Source: an uncultured delta proteobacterium
Lineage (GTDB): Bacteria; Desulfobacterota; Binatia; Binatales; Binataceae
Direction of reading: 5' to 3'
DNA length: 64,000 nucleotides
Assembly (NCBI GenBank): GCA_963808235.1
Contig: CAWEEQ010000004.1
Coordinates: forward strand, 832,001 to 896,000
The position numbers were made by a program, and so were the translations under genes. Each line of letters begins with the position of its first letter. The first letter of the stretch is position 1. Under the pieces are notes generated by a model. That model saw only the letters and a program-made list of their open reading frames with translations. It did no database searches and had not been told where the DNA came from. Positions 29,003 through 41,835 of the stretch are shown here, piece by piece.

Positions 29003-31135
29003 GTGAACCGGAATAGCAATTTCTTCAATTTCTACAATCACGACTTTGTCCGGGTCGCGGTTGGAGTGCCTTCGGTTCGGGTCGCTGATCCCGCCTACAA
29101 TTCGGAAAGTACGATTGCGCTCATTCGGGAGGCCGCCGAGCGCAAGGCGGCGATCGTGCTGTTCCCGGAACTGGGTTTATCCGCCTACTCGTGCGACGAT
29201 TTGTTTCAGCAGCGGGCGCTGCTCGACGCGTGCCTGGACGCGATTGCGAAGGTCGTCGAGCAGACCGCGAAGCTTGCGATCGTCGCGGTGGTGGGGGCGC
29301 CTGTCCAGGTCGAGCATCACCTATACAATTGCGCGATCGTGATGCATCGCGGGAAAATTCTCGGCGTCGTTCCCAAGACCAATCTCCCCAACTACCGGGA
29401 ATTTTACGAACCGCGGCAGTTCAGTTCCGCCGACGCGGCCACGAGCGACGCGATCGACATTCGGGAGCATCGCGAGGTTCCATTCGGCAACAATCTGATC
29501 TTCCGGCACGAGGAGCAGCCGCTGTTAAGTTTTCACGCCGAGATTTGCGAGGACCTGTGGGTGCCGATTTCGCCGTCGTCGTACGCGGCGCTCGCGGGTG
29601 CGACGGTGCTGCTGAATCTGTCGGCGTCGAATATCACGATCGGCAAGGCTGACTACCGGCGGAACCTCGTCACCGGTCAATCGGCGCGATGCCTGGCGGC
29701 GTACGTTTACTCGGCGGCGGGTTCCGGCGAATCGACGACCGATCTGGCGTGGGACGGACACGCGCTGATTGCGGAGAACGGAAATATTATCGTGGAGTCG
29801 GAGCGCTTCAAGGATCAGCCGCAATTGATCGCGGCGGAAATAGATCTCGAGCGGCTCTCGCAGGAACGGATGCGCCAGAACACGTTCGGCGATACGGCGC
29901 GGCGCGAAATCGAGCGCGTGCGCCGCTTTCGCAATATTACATTTTCGATGGAGTTGCCGCGGCGCGGCAAGATGCTTCCCGAGCGGAGCTACGAGCGCTT
30001 TCCCTACGTGCCCTCGGATCCGGCGACGCGCGACGAGCGATGCGCCGAGGTGTTCGATATCCAGGTTCAAGGACTCGTCACGCGGCTGCGCTCGACCGGG
30101 CTCGAGCGAGTGGTGATTGGAATCTCGGGCGGGATCGATTCGACTCATGCGGTACTGGTGTGCGCGCGGGCAATGGATCGTCTCGGCAAGCCGCGCAAGA
30201 ATATCGCGGCCGTCACGATGCCTGGTTTTGCGACCAGCGAGCGAACCCTGGAGCAGGCGCGGCGGCTGATGACTTCGCTCGGCTGCAGTATCGAGGAGAT
30301 CGACATCCGCCCGGCGTGCATGCAGATGCTCAAAGACATCGGGCATCCGTACGCCGAGGGCCGGCAGGTTTACGATCTCACGTTTGAGAATGTGCAGGCC
30401 GGCGAGCGCACCAGTCATCTGTTCCGGCTCGCGAATCTGCGCGGCGGACTGGTGGTCGGCACCGGCGACTTGAGCGAGCTCGCGCTCGGATGGTGCACCT
30501 ACGGCGTGGGCGATCACATGTCGCATTACAGCGTCAACGCGAGCGTGCCGAAAACGCTCATCCAGCACGTGATTCGATGGCTCGCGCAGACTGAGAGCCT
30601 CGGCCGCGAGGCGAGCGCCACGCTGCTCGATATCGTCGCGACGCCGATAAGTCCGGAGCTGATTCCCGGCAATTCAGACGACGGGCATCCGGCGCAGGAT
30701 ACCGAGGCGACGATCGGGCCATACGAGCTGCACGATTTTTTTCTCTACTACACACTCCGATTCGGATATCCGCCGACGAAGGTCGCGTACCTCGCGTATC
30801 TTGCGTGGCGCGACAAGGACGCGGGCACCTGGCCGGACATCCCGAGCGATCGGCGCAACCAATACGACATCGCGACCATCAAGGCGCATCTGCATACGTT
30901 CCTGTACCGGTTTTTTCAGTTGAGCCAGTTCAAACGGAGCTGTATTCCGAATGCGCCAAAAGTTGGATCGGGAGGATCGCTGTCGCCGCGCGGCGACTAT
31001 CGCGCGCCTTCGGACAGTGAAGCGACGGCGTGGATCGAGCAGCTCAAGGCAATTCCGGAGCAGGGGCCATCGCCCTCGGCGCATGCCCTTGCACCTGAGT
31101 CAGGAGCCGGCTCCGTTGTCGCCGGCAAGAAGTAG
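29003..31135 (+). CDS. nadE: Glutamine-dependent NAD+ synthetase
   Basis: Nitrilase domain ([22 protein letters not shown]) plus [33 protein letters not shown]. Confidence 0.97.
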   Translation: MNRNSNFFNFYNHDFVRVAVGVPSVRVADPAYNSESTIALIREAAERKAAIVLFPELGLSAYSCDDLFQQRALLDACLDAIAKVVEQTAKLAIVAVVGAPVQVEHHLYNCAIVMHRGKILGVVPKTNLPNYREFYEPRQFSSADAATSDAIDIREHREVPFGNNLIFRHEEQPLLSFHAEICEDLWVPISPSSYAALAGATVLLNLSASNITIGKADYRRNLVTGQSARCLAAYVYSAAGSGESTTDLAWDGHALIAENGNIIVESERFKDQPQLIAAEIDLERLSQERMRQNTFGDTARREIERVRRFRNITFSMELPRRGKMLPERSYERFPYVPSDPATRDERCAEVFDIQVQGLVTRLRSTGLERVVIGISGGIDSTHAVLVCARAMDRLGKPRKNIAAVTMPGFATSERTLEQARRLMTSLGCSIEEIDIRPACMQMLKDIGHPYAEGRQVYDLTFENVQAGERTSHLFRLANLRGGLVVGTGDLSELALGWCTYGVGDHMSHYSVNASVPKTLIQHVIRWLAQTESLGREASATLLDIVATPISPELIPGNSDDGHPAQDTEATIGPYELHDFFLYYTLRFGYPPTKVAYLAYLAWRDKDAGTWPDIPSDRRNQYDIATIKAHLHTFLYRFFQLSQFKRSCIPNAPKVGSGGSLSPRGDYRAPSDSEATAWIEQLKAIPEQGPSPSAHALAPESGAGSVVAGKK

Positions 31136-31301
31136 AGCGATACTTCCGCGATTCGTTTTTCACTTTTTCACGGTCGCTGCGCGAAGAGCCGTGGCCGCGC
31201 GTCTGTGCCATCTCCCTGCCAGGGCGAGGCTATTCGTATCAGCGGTCTTGAAGACCTGTTGCGATTCGGTAAATTGAAGGGCGATCGAAATCTCGATTGG
31301 G

Positions 31302-32092
31302 GTGATTGAGAAATTGAATTTTCGACTGGTTACAATTGGGTTGTTGGCGGTCGCGGTGGCGGGGATATCGACCAGAGCAGGCGCGCAGGCGCCGCCCGCA
31401 GCGCAGGAGTCGCAATCGGCGCCGCGTCCATCGGCGACTCCAGTGCCGAAGAAGAGCCACGCCAAGCAGTACAACGAGATTCACACCAGCGAGGCCGCGG
31501 TTACATCCGCGCAGCGCGTCCTGGCCGAGAAGTACGTCAGTGCCGTGCAGGCGCAGGACAACGCGGCAATGCGGACGCTGATCGCGCCGTCGACGCTGAA
31601 GTGCTTCGACCAGAGCAAGCAGGTATTTCTCGACGATTGGATCGAGAAGCAATATCGCTATCCAGTTTCACAAGAATCACAAGCTAAGCGTTGGGCGTGC
31701 TGCCGACTGCACAGTCCCAGCCGACGCGGATCTCGACCTATCCGGTGCCGGGAACGCATCTGCTTGGATTCGAGTACTCGAGCGGCGACAGCACGATCAC
31801 AGTTAATCAAGTGATCGGCGAGGATGGGGGCAACTGGTATCTGATACCGCCGTGTCCGACCGAGTTGGGGATGCAGCGGTTCGCGAAGATCCAGCAGAGG
31901 CGCGCCGCCTTCGCCGCACGAGCCGAGCGGCTTTCCAAGAAGATCAATGAGCCGCTCAAGTCACAGATACTCGCGCTTATCGCCAAGCGTGACAATGCGG
32001 GCGCATGGAAGCTGTGCGTCAACTCGCTGCACGTGGACTTTTTGACCGCGCAGGCGATCGTTTCGAACCTGGCCGGCCAAAAGTCGGACTAG
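31302..32092 (+). CDS. Hypothetical exported protein, frameshifted near 31665-31695
   Basis: Signal peptide ending AGA in 31302..31814; coding-like sequence continues in the overlapping frame 31691..32092. Confidence 0.6.
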
Positions 32093-32142
32093 GCTCGCCT
32101 ACATGGCCGTGCATCGGCTCGAGCGGCATAGTTCGTCTTCAA

Positions 32143-32240
32143 GAGTTTTCTTTGTCAGCGATCAGTTGACGTTGGCTGAAGCAGGATGGATTGACTCCCG
32201 CCGCGCCACAGTTGAGTATAGCCGCCACGCGATAGCATCT
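32143..32240 (+). promoter_or_regulatory. Duplicated upstream block with GTCAGC-GATCA-GTTGAC palindrome, copy 1
   Basis: TTTGTCAGCGATCAGTTGACGTTGGCT and GATGGATTGACTC are identical at 35647-35740. Confidence 0.6.
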
Positions 32241-32267
32241 TAGTGCTCTCGGGGACGTCGCCAGATA

Positions 32268-35200
32268 ATGAACGGATCGCGTGGTAAAGGGAGAATTGCC
32301 GCGGTCACGATCTTCTGCGTGATCGTGTCCGGCGTGGTCGGCGTTGCAGTTCTCACCACTTCGCTTGCTTCCTCGGGTTTTGACGTCCTGCAGCAACTGG
32401 TTCTTCCGCCTCCGCCACGCCCCTTCGCGATGCCTTCTGGTGCGGAGTCTCAATCGCAGTCGCCGACGCCTCCTTCCGATTCTCAGCCGGCCTTGGGCGC
32501 GCCGACCATAACCTCCGGCGTCTGGACGGCGCTTAATAATCAGCCGACCTTCAGCCCGGGCAGCGCATTCCTGCTCACCGACGGGACAGTACTGGTCGAG
32601 GACAATACCTTGACCAACGCCGCCTGGTGGACCCTCTCGCCGGACATTACGGGCAGCTATATCAATGGGACGTGGAACCAGGTGGCGTCGCCGCCGGCTT
32701 GCGCCAACGGTTATCCCGGAGCGTCGGCGGACACGGTTTACGCACCGCTGTACTACGGCTCGGCGGTGCTGCCAGACGGCCGGTTCGTTATCATCGGCGG
32801 CGAATACGACTTCAACTACACCTACTTCAATGGCAGTGGCGAGGTATGGACCGATCAGGGAGCTATTTACGATCCGGTCGCAAACAGCTGGAAGTGTATC
32901 GCGCCTCCGACCGGGTGGATCAACATCGGCGATGCGCAGTCGGTGGTTCTGTCGGACGGGACCTTCATGATCGCGCATCCGTTCAATGACGGATCAGCCG
33001 GCGGAAACCAGGTCGCCACCTTGAACGCGAGCACGAATCCCCCGACGTTCAATGCTCCCTTTACCCCGACTGGCAAGACCGCCGACGGACAGAATGATGA
33101 AGAAGGATGGGAGTTGCTGCCGAATGGCACCGTACTGACGCTTGAGGTTTTCAACTCGAGTGACAGCACCGTTACTCCAGCCTTGGCCTACAATTCCTCC
33201 ACGAAGGCATGGAGCAGCGCGGGGACGGCACCGGATCCGCTCGCGCTTCTCAAGAAGGGGCCCGTAACCTACGACGAAATCGGGCCGGCGTTGTTGCGTC
33301 CCGACGGCACCGTGTTCGCCTCCGGAGGTACCGGCTTCAACAACGTCTACGACAGCGCTGCCAATACCTGGTCGAGCGGACCTAGCTTTCCAACTATCGT
33401 CGACAACTACAACAACGGGGGCGGCTGCGTCCTTAACAATGTGACCGAGCAATTGGCGTCGGCCGATGCTCCGGCGGCACTCCTTCCCGACGGCAACGTG
33501 CTGATCGCGCCTGGTCCGGTCGATAGCAGTTCGGCTTGCGAATGGGTTCCGCCGACCATATTTTTCGAGTTCGATGGGACCAACCTGACCCAGGTCGCGC
33601 AACCTGATTTTGCGAACGATGTCCCATCGTACGCCGGGCGCTTGCTGCTGCTGCCCACGGGCCAGGTCCTCTATACCAACGGGTTCGGATTTATCGAGCT
33701 GTACACGCCCGCGGGGACTCCCAACGCGTCGTGGGCCCCGACTATTGCGACCTCGCCGTCCACGGTGGATCCGGGCGGAACGAACTATGCTATCAGCGGC
33801 ACGCAGTTCAACGGCCTGTCGCAAGCGGTCGCCTATGGGGACGATTACCAGGCCGCCACCAACTATCCGTTGGTGCGAATCACCAACAATGCCACCGGTG
33901 ACGTCTTCTACGCGCGCACTCACAATCACAGCACCATGGCTATCGCGACGGGCAGCACAACAGTCTCGACTGAGTTCGACGTTCCGGCGGGAATCGAACC
34001 GGGTCCGAGCACGCTGGTCGTCGTAGCAAACGGTATCGCATCCGCATCGGTGGCGGTCACCGTGACCGGTGTCGTCGCGTCTCCAACTCCGACCGCGACC
34101 GCGACCGCGACCGCAACGGCGACGGCGACAGCGACAGCAACTGCAACCAAGACAGCGACGCCGACTGCAACCGCAACCAGGACGCCGACCCCAACGGCGA
34201 CCAGGACCGCGACGGCTACGGCAACCCGGACTGTAACGGCGACAGCAACGGCAACCGCAACCAGGTCTGCAACGCCAACGGCGACTGCAACTTCGTCGAC
34301 AACTGCGACCAAGACTGCAACGCCGACATCCACCGCGACGTCGACTGGTTCCGCGACTCCGACGGCGACTGCTACCGCAACACCAACGGCAACCGCCACC
34401 GCGACCAACACTGCGACGCCAACGGCGACCGCGACTGCAACCAAGACGGCCACGGCCACCGCAACGGCGACCAACACCGCAACAGCAACGGCGACCGCGA
34501 CCAGCAGCCAAACGCCTACATCCACCGCGACATCGACTGGGTCGGGAACTCCGACTGCGACCGCAACCAGGACCGCAACGGCGACTGCGACTGCGACAAA
34601 TACTGCGACGCCGACATCCACCGCGACGTCGACTGGATCGGGAACTCCGACTGCGACCGCAACCAGGACTGCCACAGCAACAGCGACCGCGACCAGCAGC
34701 CAAACGCCTACATCCACCGCGACATCGACTGGGTCGGGAACTCCGACTGCGACCGCAACCAGGACCGCAACGGCGACTGCGACTGCGACAAATACTGCGA
34801 CGCCGACATCCACCGCGACGTCGACTGGATCGTCGACTCCGACTGCGACCGCAACCAAGACCGCCACGGCAACGGCGACTGCCACCAGCAGCCAAACGCC
34901 TACATCCACCGCGACGTCGACTGGATCGGGGACTCCGACAGCGACCTCAACCAGGACCGCAACGGCAACAGCGACCGCGACCAGCAGCCAAACGCCTACA
35001 TCCACCGCGACGTCGACTGGATCGGGAACTCCGACCGCGACCGCGACGAGGACCGCCACGACAACGGCGACCGCTACCGCCACGGCGACCCCGACGGCGA
35101 CCGCAACTTCAACTTCAACGGGTTCGGTGGTGCCGACTCCGACGGCTACCCCCACTGCGACCGCGACTGCGACTCCAACCGTAACGGCAACCCCGACTGC

Positions 35201-35549
35201 TACGGTCACTGCGACTCCGGTTCCCGAGATTTTGAAGGTCAAGCCTGCGAAAGACGGTTTCGGCGGCGTGAGCGTGGGTCAGCATGTCGTCAAAACGATT
35301 ACCCTCAAGAATCCGGCCGTGAACGGACCGCCGATCACGTTCGGGATTCCGCTTGCAACGACGTCCGACCCGGCAGATTTCCAGACCGGCGCCACGACCT
35401 GCCATGCGCAGCTGCTCCCGCAGAAAAAATGCAAGCTCAAGGTGAAATTCGCTCCGACTACGTCCGGCCAAAAGTCCTCGACGCTCACAATCTTTGACAA
35501 CGCGGCCAATGCGAACCAGCAAGTCCCGCTGAAAGGAACCGGGCAGTAG
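32268..35549 (+). CDS. Large surface protein: kelch/galactose-oxidase-like propeller, Ig domain, Thr/Ala linker and choice-of-anchor D (ASH-like) domain
   Basis: Repeated LL.DG.VL blades, YDP..N.W; GTQFNGLSQA..YGDD.Q.ATNYPLVR; (TATAT)n; C-terminal C..C.LKVKFAPT..G.KSSTLTI.DNA.N..Q.VPLKGTG. Confidence 0.88.
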   Translation: MNGSRGKGRIAAVTIFCVIVSGVVGVAVLTTSLASSGFDVLQQLVLPPPPRPFAMPSGAESQSQSPTPPSDSQPALGAPTITSGVWTALNNQPTFSPGSAFLLTDGTVLVEDNTLTNAAWWTLSPDITGSYINGTWNQVASPPACANGYPGASADTVYAPLYYGSAVLPDGRFVIIGGEYDFNYTYFNGSGEVWTDQGAIYDPVANSWKCIAPPTGWINIGDAQSVVLSDGTFMIAHPFNDGSAGGNQVATLNASTNPPTFNAPFTPTGKTADGQNDEEGWELLPNGTVLTLEVFNSSDSTVTPALAYNSSTKAWSSAGTAPDPLALLKKGPVTYDEIGPALLRPDGTVFASGGTGFNNVYDSAANTWSSGPSFPTIVDNYNNGGGCVLNNVTEQLASADAPAALLPDGNVLIAPGPVDSSSACEWVPPTIFFEFDGTNLTQVAQPDFANDVPSYAGRLLLLPTGQVLYTNGFGFIELYTPAGTPNASWAPTIATSPSTVDPGGTNYAISGTQFNGLSQAVAYGDDYQAATNYPLVRITNNATGDVFYARTHNHSTMAIATGSTTVSTEFDVPAGIEPGPSTLVVVANGIASASVAVTVTGVVASPTPTATATATATATATATATATKTATPTATATRTPTPTATRTATATATRTVTATATATATRSATPTATATSSTTATKTATPTSTATSTGSATPTATATATPTATATATNTATPTATATATKTATATATATNTATATATATSSQTPTSTATSTGSGTPTATATRTATATATATNTATPTSTATSTGSGTPTATATRTATATATATSSQTPTSTATSTGSGTPTATATRTATATATATNTATPTSTATSTGSSTPTATATKTATATATATSSQTPTSTATSTGSGTPTATSTRTATATATATSSQTPTSTATSTGSGTPTATATRTATTTATATATATPTATATSTSTGSVVPTPTATPTATATATPTVTATPTATVTATPVPEILKVKPAKDGFGGVSVGQHVVKTITLKNPAVNGPPITFGIPLATTSDPADFQTGATTCHAQLLPQKKCKLKVKFAPTTSGQKSSTLTIFDNAANANQQVPLKGTGQ
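34080..35220 (+). repeat. Thr/Ala/Pro-coding tandem repeat with a 96-bp higher-order unit
   Basis: Units start at 34501, 34597, 34693, 34789, 34885 and 34981. Confidence 0.9.
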
Positions 35550-35646
35550 AGATCCCGCGCCAAAAGTAAAAAGTAAAATGTCCGACCAGTTTGCCCATGC
35601 GACGGCCCCCGCGTCGGCGCGAAGGGGCACCAATTCGCCTTCGTTG

Positions 35647-35740
35647 AGCTTTCTTTTGTCAGCGATCAGTTGACGTTGGCTTAGGCGAGATGGATTGACT
35701 CGCTTGCCGCCACCGTAAAGTATATCCGCCACGCAGTAGT
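35647..35740 (+). promoter_or_regulatory. Duplicated upstream block, copy 2
   Basis: Matches 32143-32240. Confidence 0.6.
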
Positions 35741-35775
35741 ATTTTGCTGCCATCTGGGAGGATGCCGTCGCACAC

Positions 35776-38700
35776 ATGAACCGACCGCGTGGCAGGGGGG
35801 AGTTGCCGCGCTCGCGATCTTCTTAGCGATCGTATCGGGCGTGCTGGGCCTTGCGGTCCTCACCACTTCGCTTGCCTCGGACTTTGGCGGTGTGGAAGAA
35901 GTTTCGCCCCCACGTCCTTTCCCAGTTCCTTCTGCCGTGGAAGGTGACTCGCCGGCGCCGGCACCGGCGCCTCCATCCGATTATGTGCCGGCCCCAGGCG
36001 CGCCGACCATAACCTCCGGCGTCTGGACGGCGCTTAATAATCAGCCGCCGTTCCATCCCGGCAGCGCATTCCTGCTCACCGACGGGACCGTATTAGTCGA
36101 GGATGGTACCTTGACCAACGCTGCCTGGTGGACGCTCACGCCGGACATTACCGGCAGCTATATCAATGGAGCGTGGAACCAGGTGGCGTCGCCGCCGGCT
36201 TGCGCCAACGGTTATCCAGGAGCGTCGGCGGACACGGTCTATGCGCCGTTGTACTACGGCTCCGCCGTGCTGGCTGACGGCCGGTTCGTCATCATCGGCG
36301 GCGAATACAACTTCGATTACACCTACTTCAATGGCAGTGGCGAGGTATGGACCGATCAGGGAGCTATTTACGATCCGGTCGCAAACAGCTGGAAGTGTAT
36401 CGCGCCTCCGACCGGATGGGTCAATATCGGCGATGCGCAGTCGGTGGTTCTGTCGGACGGGACCTTCATGATCGCGCATCCGTTCAATGACGGATCAGCC
36501 GGCGGAAACCAGGTCGCCACCTTGAACGCGAGCACGAATCCCCCGACGTTCAATGCTCCCTTTACCCCGACTGGCAAGACCGCCGACGGACAGAATGATG
36601 AAGAAGGATGGGAGTTGCTGCCGAATGGCACCGTACTGACGCTCGAGGTTTTCAACTCGAGTGACAGCACCGTTACTCCAGCCTTGGCCTACAATTCCTC
36701 CACGAAGGCATGGAGCAGCGCGGGGACGGCACCGGATCCGCTCGTGCTGCTGAAGAAGGGGCCGTAACCTACGATGAAATCGGGCCGGCGCTGTTGCGTC
36801 CCGACGGCACCGTGTTCGCCTCCGGAGGTACCGGCTTCAACGACATCTACAACAGCGCCACCAATACCTGGTCGAGTGGCCCGAGCTTTCCGACTATCTC
36901 CGATACTTACAACAGCGGGAGCGGCTGCGTCCTTAACAATGCGACCGAGCAATTGGCGTCGGCCGATGCTCCGGCGGCACTCCTTCCCGACGGCAACGTG
37001 CTAATCGCGCCTGGTCCGGTCGATAGCAATTCGGCTTGCGAATGGGTTCCGCCGACCGAATTTTTCGAGTTCGATGGGACCAGCCTGACCCAGGTCGCGG
37101 AACCCACCTTCGCGCCCGATGTCCCGTCGTACGCCGGGCGCTTGCTGCTGCTGCCCACGGGCCAGGTCCTCTACACCAACGGGTTTAACTATATCGAGCT
37201 GTACACGCCCGCGGGGACTCCCAATGCGTCGTGGGCCCCGACTATTGCGACCTCGCCGTCCACGGTGGATCCGGGCGGAACGAACTATTCACTGACCGGC
37301 ACGCAGTTTAATGGTCTGTCGCAAGCGGTCGCGTACGGAGACGATTACCAGGCGGCCACCAACTATCCGCTGGTGCGAATCACCAACAATGCCACCGGGG
37401 ACGTCTTCTACGCCCGCACTCACAATCACAGCACCATGGCGGTCGCGACCGGTAGTGCGACGGTCTCGACTGAGTTCGACGTTCCGGCGGGAATCGAGCC
37501 GGGTCCTAGCACGCTGGTCGTCGTAGCAAACGGTATCGAATCCGCATCGGTGGCGGTCACCGTGACTGGTGTCGTCGCGACTCCAACTGCGACCGCGACG
37601 GCAACTGCAACTGCAACCAGGACGGCGACTGCAACGGCAACGGCAACCAAGACTGCGACGGCAACGGCAACGGCGACGGCAACGGCAACCAAGACTGCGA
37701 CGGCAACTGCTACTGCAACGAGGACTGCCACGGCAACGGCAACCGCGACCAATACTGCGACGCCGACAGCGACCGCGACTGCAACCAGGACCGCAACGGC
37801 AACTGCGACCAACACCGCAACAGCAACCGCGACCGCGACCAATACTGCGACGTCGACAGCGACCAACACCACGACGCCGACGGCCACCGCAACCACAACT
37901 GCAACGCCAACAACTACCGCGACACCAACGGCAACTGCGACCGCCACTAATACCGCGACGCCGACGGCCACCTCGACCGCAACCAGGACGGCCACGGCAA
38001 CCGCCACCTCGACCAACACCCCAACAGCAACGGCGACCGCGACCAATACCGCGACGCCGACCGCGACTCCGACGGCCACCGCGACTACAACTGCCACCAG
38101 GACCGCGACCGCCACGGCAACCGCGACCAATACTGTGACGCCCACAGCCACCGCGACTGCGACTAGGTCGGCGACTCCGACCGCAACCTCAACTGCGACC
38201 GCGACGCCAACCGCAACTACAACGTCGACGCCAACGGCCACCGCAACGCCGACGGCTACCGCGACCACAACTGCAACGTCGACAGCGACCGCAACCAGGA
38301 CGGCCACGGCAACCGCCACCAGGACCGCGACGCCAACCGCTACGGCAACGGCTACTGCGACGCCAACCGCAACTGCAACCGCGACCAACACCGCAACAGG
38401 AACGCCAACCAATACTGCGACGCCGACGGCGACTGCGACCGCAACCAGAACCTCGACGCCTACGGCAACCGCTACCGCGACGGGGTCGACGACTCCGACC
38501 GCGACTGCAACTGCGACCTCGACGCCAACGGCAACCGCGACCAATACTGCCACGTCGACGGCGACCGCGACGCCGACGGCTACAGCAACATCGACTGCGA
38601 CCGCGACCAGGACCGCGACCGCCACGGCGACCGCGACAAATACTGCGACGCCGACCGCGACCGCAACTGCGACCACCACGCCGACCGCAACTACAACGTC

Positions 38701-40629
38701 GACGCCAACGGCCACCGCAACCAACACCGCAACAGCAACGGCGACCGCTACCGATACTCCAACGTCAACGGCGACCGCGACTGCAACCGTCACCAGGACT
38801 GCAACGTCGACGGCTACGGCAACGGCCACTACAACGCCAACCGCAACTGCAACTTCGACGCCAACGGCAACCGCGACCAGGACCGCGACCTCAACTGCGA
38901 CCGCGACTCCAACGTCGACGGCTACCGCGACTGCAACCGCCGCGACGCCGACGGCGACTGCAACCGCCACCAGAACTGCGACGCCGACCGCTACGGCAAC
39001 GGCCACCGCAACCGCAACTGCAACGTCGACAGCCACCGCGACACCAACGGCAACTGCGACCGCCACCAATACCGCGACGCCGACAGCCACCTCGACCGCA
39101 ACCAGGACGGCCACGGCTACCGCAACTGCGACCAACACCGCAACAGCAACGGCGACCGCGACCGCAACTGCGACGCCGACGGCGACCGCAACCAGAACCT
39201 CGACGCCCACGGCAACCGCCACGGCGACGGGGTCGGCGACTCCGACCGCAACTGCAACGCCGACGGCAACTGCAACCGCGACCAACACCGCAACAGGAAC
39301 GCCGACCAATACTGCGACGCCGACGGCGACCGCAACCAGAACCTCGACGCCCACGGTAACCGCCACGGCGACGGGGTCGGCGACTCCGACCGCAACCGCG
39401 ACTGCAACCGCCACGAGGACTGCCACGGCCACGGCGACCGCGACCAATACTGCGACGGCGACGGCGACTGCGACAGGGTCGGCGACTCCGACCGCGACCG
39501 CTACTCCAACGTCGACGGCGACCGCGACTGCAACCGCCACTAGGACCGCGACGCAGACGGCTACGGCCACTGCGACGCCAACCGCAACTGCAACCTCGAC
39601 GCCAACGGCAACCGCGACCGGGACCGCGACGGCTACGGCGAGCGCAACCACACTGCGACTCCGACCGCGACCTCAACTGCGACCGCGACCAGGACCGCGA
39701 CGGCTACCATGACTGCAACCGCCACCAGGAACGCGACGCAGACGGCTACGGCCACTGCGACGCCAACCGCAACGGCAACCTCGACGCCAACGGCGACCGC
39801 GACCAATACTGCGACGTCGACGGCGACCGCGACTGCAACCGCCACTAGGACCGCGACGCAGACGGCTACGGCAACGGCCACTGCGACGCCAACCGCAACT
39901 GCAACCTCGACGCCAACGGCAACCGCGACCAATACTGCGACGCCCACAGCCACCGCGACTGCGACCGCAACCTCGACCGCGACCGCGACCACGACGGCCA
40001 CAGCCACCGCGACTGCGACTGGGTCGGCGACTCCGACCGCGACCTCAACTGCGACCGCGACGCCGACGGCTACAGCAACCTCGACCGCGACCGCGACCAG
40101 GACCGCGACGGCCACAGCCACCGCGACTGCGACTGGGTCGGCGACTCCGACCGGGACCTCAACTGCGACTGCGACTCCGACCGGCACTGCAACGCCAACC
40201 GCAACCGCAACCGGGACGGCAACCGTCACGGCGACCCCGACCGCTACTGCGACGCCAACGACTACGGCGACTCCTACCGGTACTCCGACTCAGACGCCGG
40301 TTCCCGAGTCTTTGAAGGTCAAGCCGACGAGCGAAGGTTTCGGCGTCGTGAGCGTGGGTCAGGGTGTGGTCAAGACTTTTACGCTTAAGAATCCGGCCTT
40401 GAAGGGACCGCCAATCACGTTCGGGATTCCGCTTGCAACGACGTCCGACCCACTGGATTTCCGCATCGGGACCACGACCTGCCATGCGCAGTTGTTCCCG
40501 CAGACAAAGTGCACGCTCAAGGTGAAATTTGCTCCCACCACCCCCGGACCAAAGTCCTCGACGCTCACCATCTTTGACAACGCGGCGAATGCGAACCAGC
40601 AAATCCCGCTGAAAGGAACCGGGCAGTGA
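35776..40629 (+). CDS. Tandem paralogue of 32268..35549 (about 1600 aa if restored), with three single-base frameshifts
   Basis: ATG 35776 aligns with the paralogue start; one base missing at G6 (35795-35800), at GGGGCC (about 36762, paralogue has GGGGCCC) and near 39650; same anchor domain ends at 40629. Confidence 0.82.
37575..40300 (+). repeat. Long Thr/Ala/Pro-coding repeat (about 900 codons)
   Basis: Continuous ACN-GCN codon alternation. Confidence 0.9.
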
Positions 40630-40663
40630 AAAGTGAAAAAGTGAAAAAGTGAAAGGTGAAAAA
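40626..40663. repeat. Short tandem repeat of GTGAAA(A) after the stop codon
   Basis: GTGAAAAGTGAAAAAGTGAAAAAGTGAAAGGTGAAAAA. Confidence 0.6.
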
Positions 40664-40802
40664 CTGAGATAGTCCGGCTATATTTGAGTTTCTCACTCTC
40701 TCACTGTCTCACTCTGGTCACGGTCGAAGAGACGCGTTCGATGAGATTGGCGGGCTATAGTTGCAAAAGCTCGCCGGCGAAAATCCCCACCAGGTAACCG
40801 TT

Positions 40803-41678
40803 ATGAAGATAGGACTTCATCTGCCGCAAATCGGGGCCGAGACCGAGCAGATCGCGCGGATCGCACGGCGCGCGGAGGATACCGGCTACGAGTCAATCTG
40901 GGTGAGCGATCACCTGATGGTGCCGGAGTCGGGCGGGCGCCTGCCGCCGCTGGAGATCATGGAGCCGCTGACGACGCTCGGCTACGTCGCGGCTCTAACC
41001 CGCCGGATCAAGCTTGCGACCAGCGTGATCGTCGTCCCGTATCGCAACGCAATACATCTGGCCAAGGAACTCGCGACGCTGGACCGGCTGTCGTCGGGAC
41101 GGATCGTCGCGGGCGTGGCCAGCGGATGGCTCGAGGCGGAGTTTCGCGCGCTCGGGGTTTCGTTCGAGAATCGGGGCGCATACACCGACGAAGCGATTGC
41201 GCTGATGCGTGAGATGTGGTCGAGCGCGGTGCCGGATTTTCACGGAAAGTTCTTTAACGTCAGCGCGATGCGCTTCGGGCCGCGTCCTTTGGCCGGCACG
41301 ATTCCAATCTGGGTTGGCGGTATCAGCCGGCGCGCGATACGCCGGGCAGTCGAGCTCGGCGATGGATGGCATGGCACGCGGATGAATCCGGACCAGGTCG
41401 CGGAGCGAATCGGATGGATACGCGAGCTTGCCGCGCGGCGCGGCCGAAGTCTCGACGGTTTTAAGATTAGCCATCGTGTGTACATCGGCTTTGCGCCGAA
41501 GTGGACCGAGACCGGCGGATATGTCGAAGGAATCCTGGCGCCGCCCGCAGAGCTCGCCGACTACCTGAATCGATATGCAGCGATCGGTGTCGACGAAATC
41601 CTGATAAGCCCGCTCGGCGGCGGACTCGGCAAATTTCTCGATCGCTTCGACGCCGAAGTCCGACCGCGTCTCGGATGA
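40803..41678 (+). CDS. LLM-class (luciferase-like) oxidoreductase, probably F420-dependent
   Basis: AE..GYESIWVSDH, EPL.TL..VAA.T.RIKL.TSV, LAKE.ATLD.LS.GR, PIWVGG...A.RRA...GDGW. Confidence 0.9.
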   Translation: MKIGLHLPQIGAETEQIARIARRAEDTGYESIWVSDHLMVPESGGRLPPLEIMEPLTTLGYVAALTRRIKLATSVIVVPYRNAIHLAKELATLDRLSSGRIVAGVASGWLEAEFRALGVSFENRGAYTDEAIALMREMWSSAVPDFHGKFFNVSAMRFGPRPLAGTIPIWVGGISRRAIRRAVELGDGWHGTRMNPDQVAERIGWIRELAARRGRSLDGFKISHRVYIGFAPKWTETGGYVEGILAPPAELADYLNRYAAIGVDEILISPLGGGLGKFLDRFDAEVRPRLG

Positions 41679-41835
41679 CGGATCGTATAGTCAGATCGAT
41701 AGTCACATTCCGTTAACTTACTACTAATCATTACGACATCAAGTTAATTTTCCATTACTCTGTTCCCTAATAGCGACTACCCGCGCTAAACCCTACGCCG
41801 CGAGTTACTCAAATCGCTCGCTTGCGGGAGGGGAC

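Noticed and set aside
33926-40229. Long minus-strand (VAVAV)n ORFs and Arg/Cys-rich alternative-frame ORFs, also at 5152-5817 and 7477-8100
   Set aside because: Antisense or off-frame shadows of Thr/Ala codon repeats, with no independent domain signal
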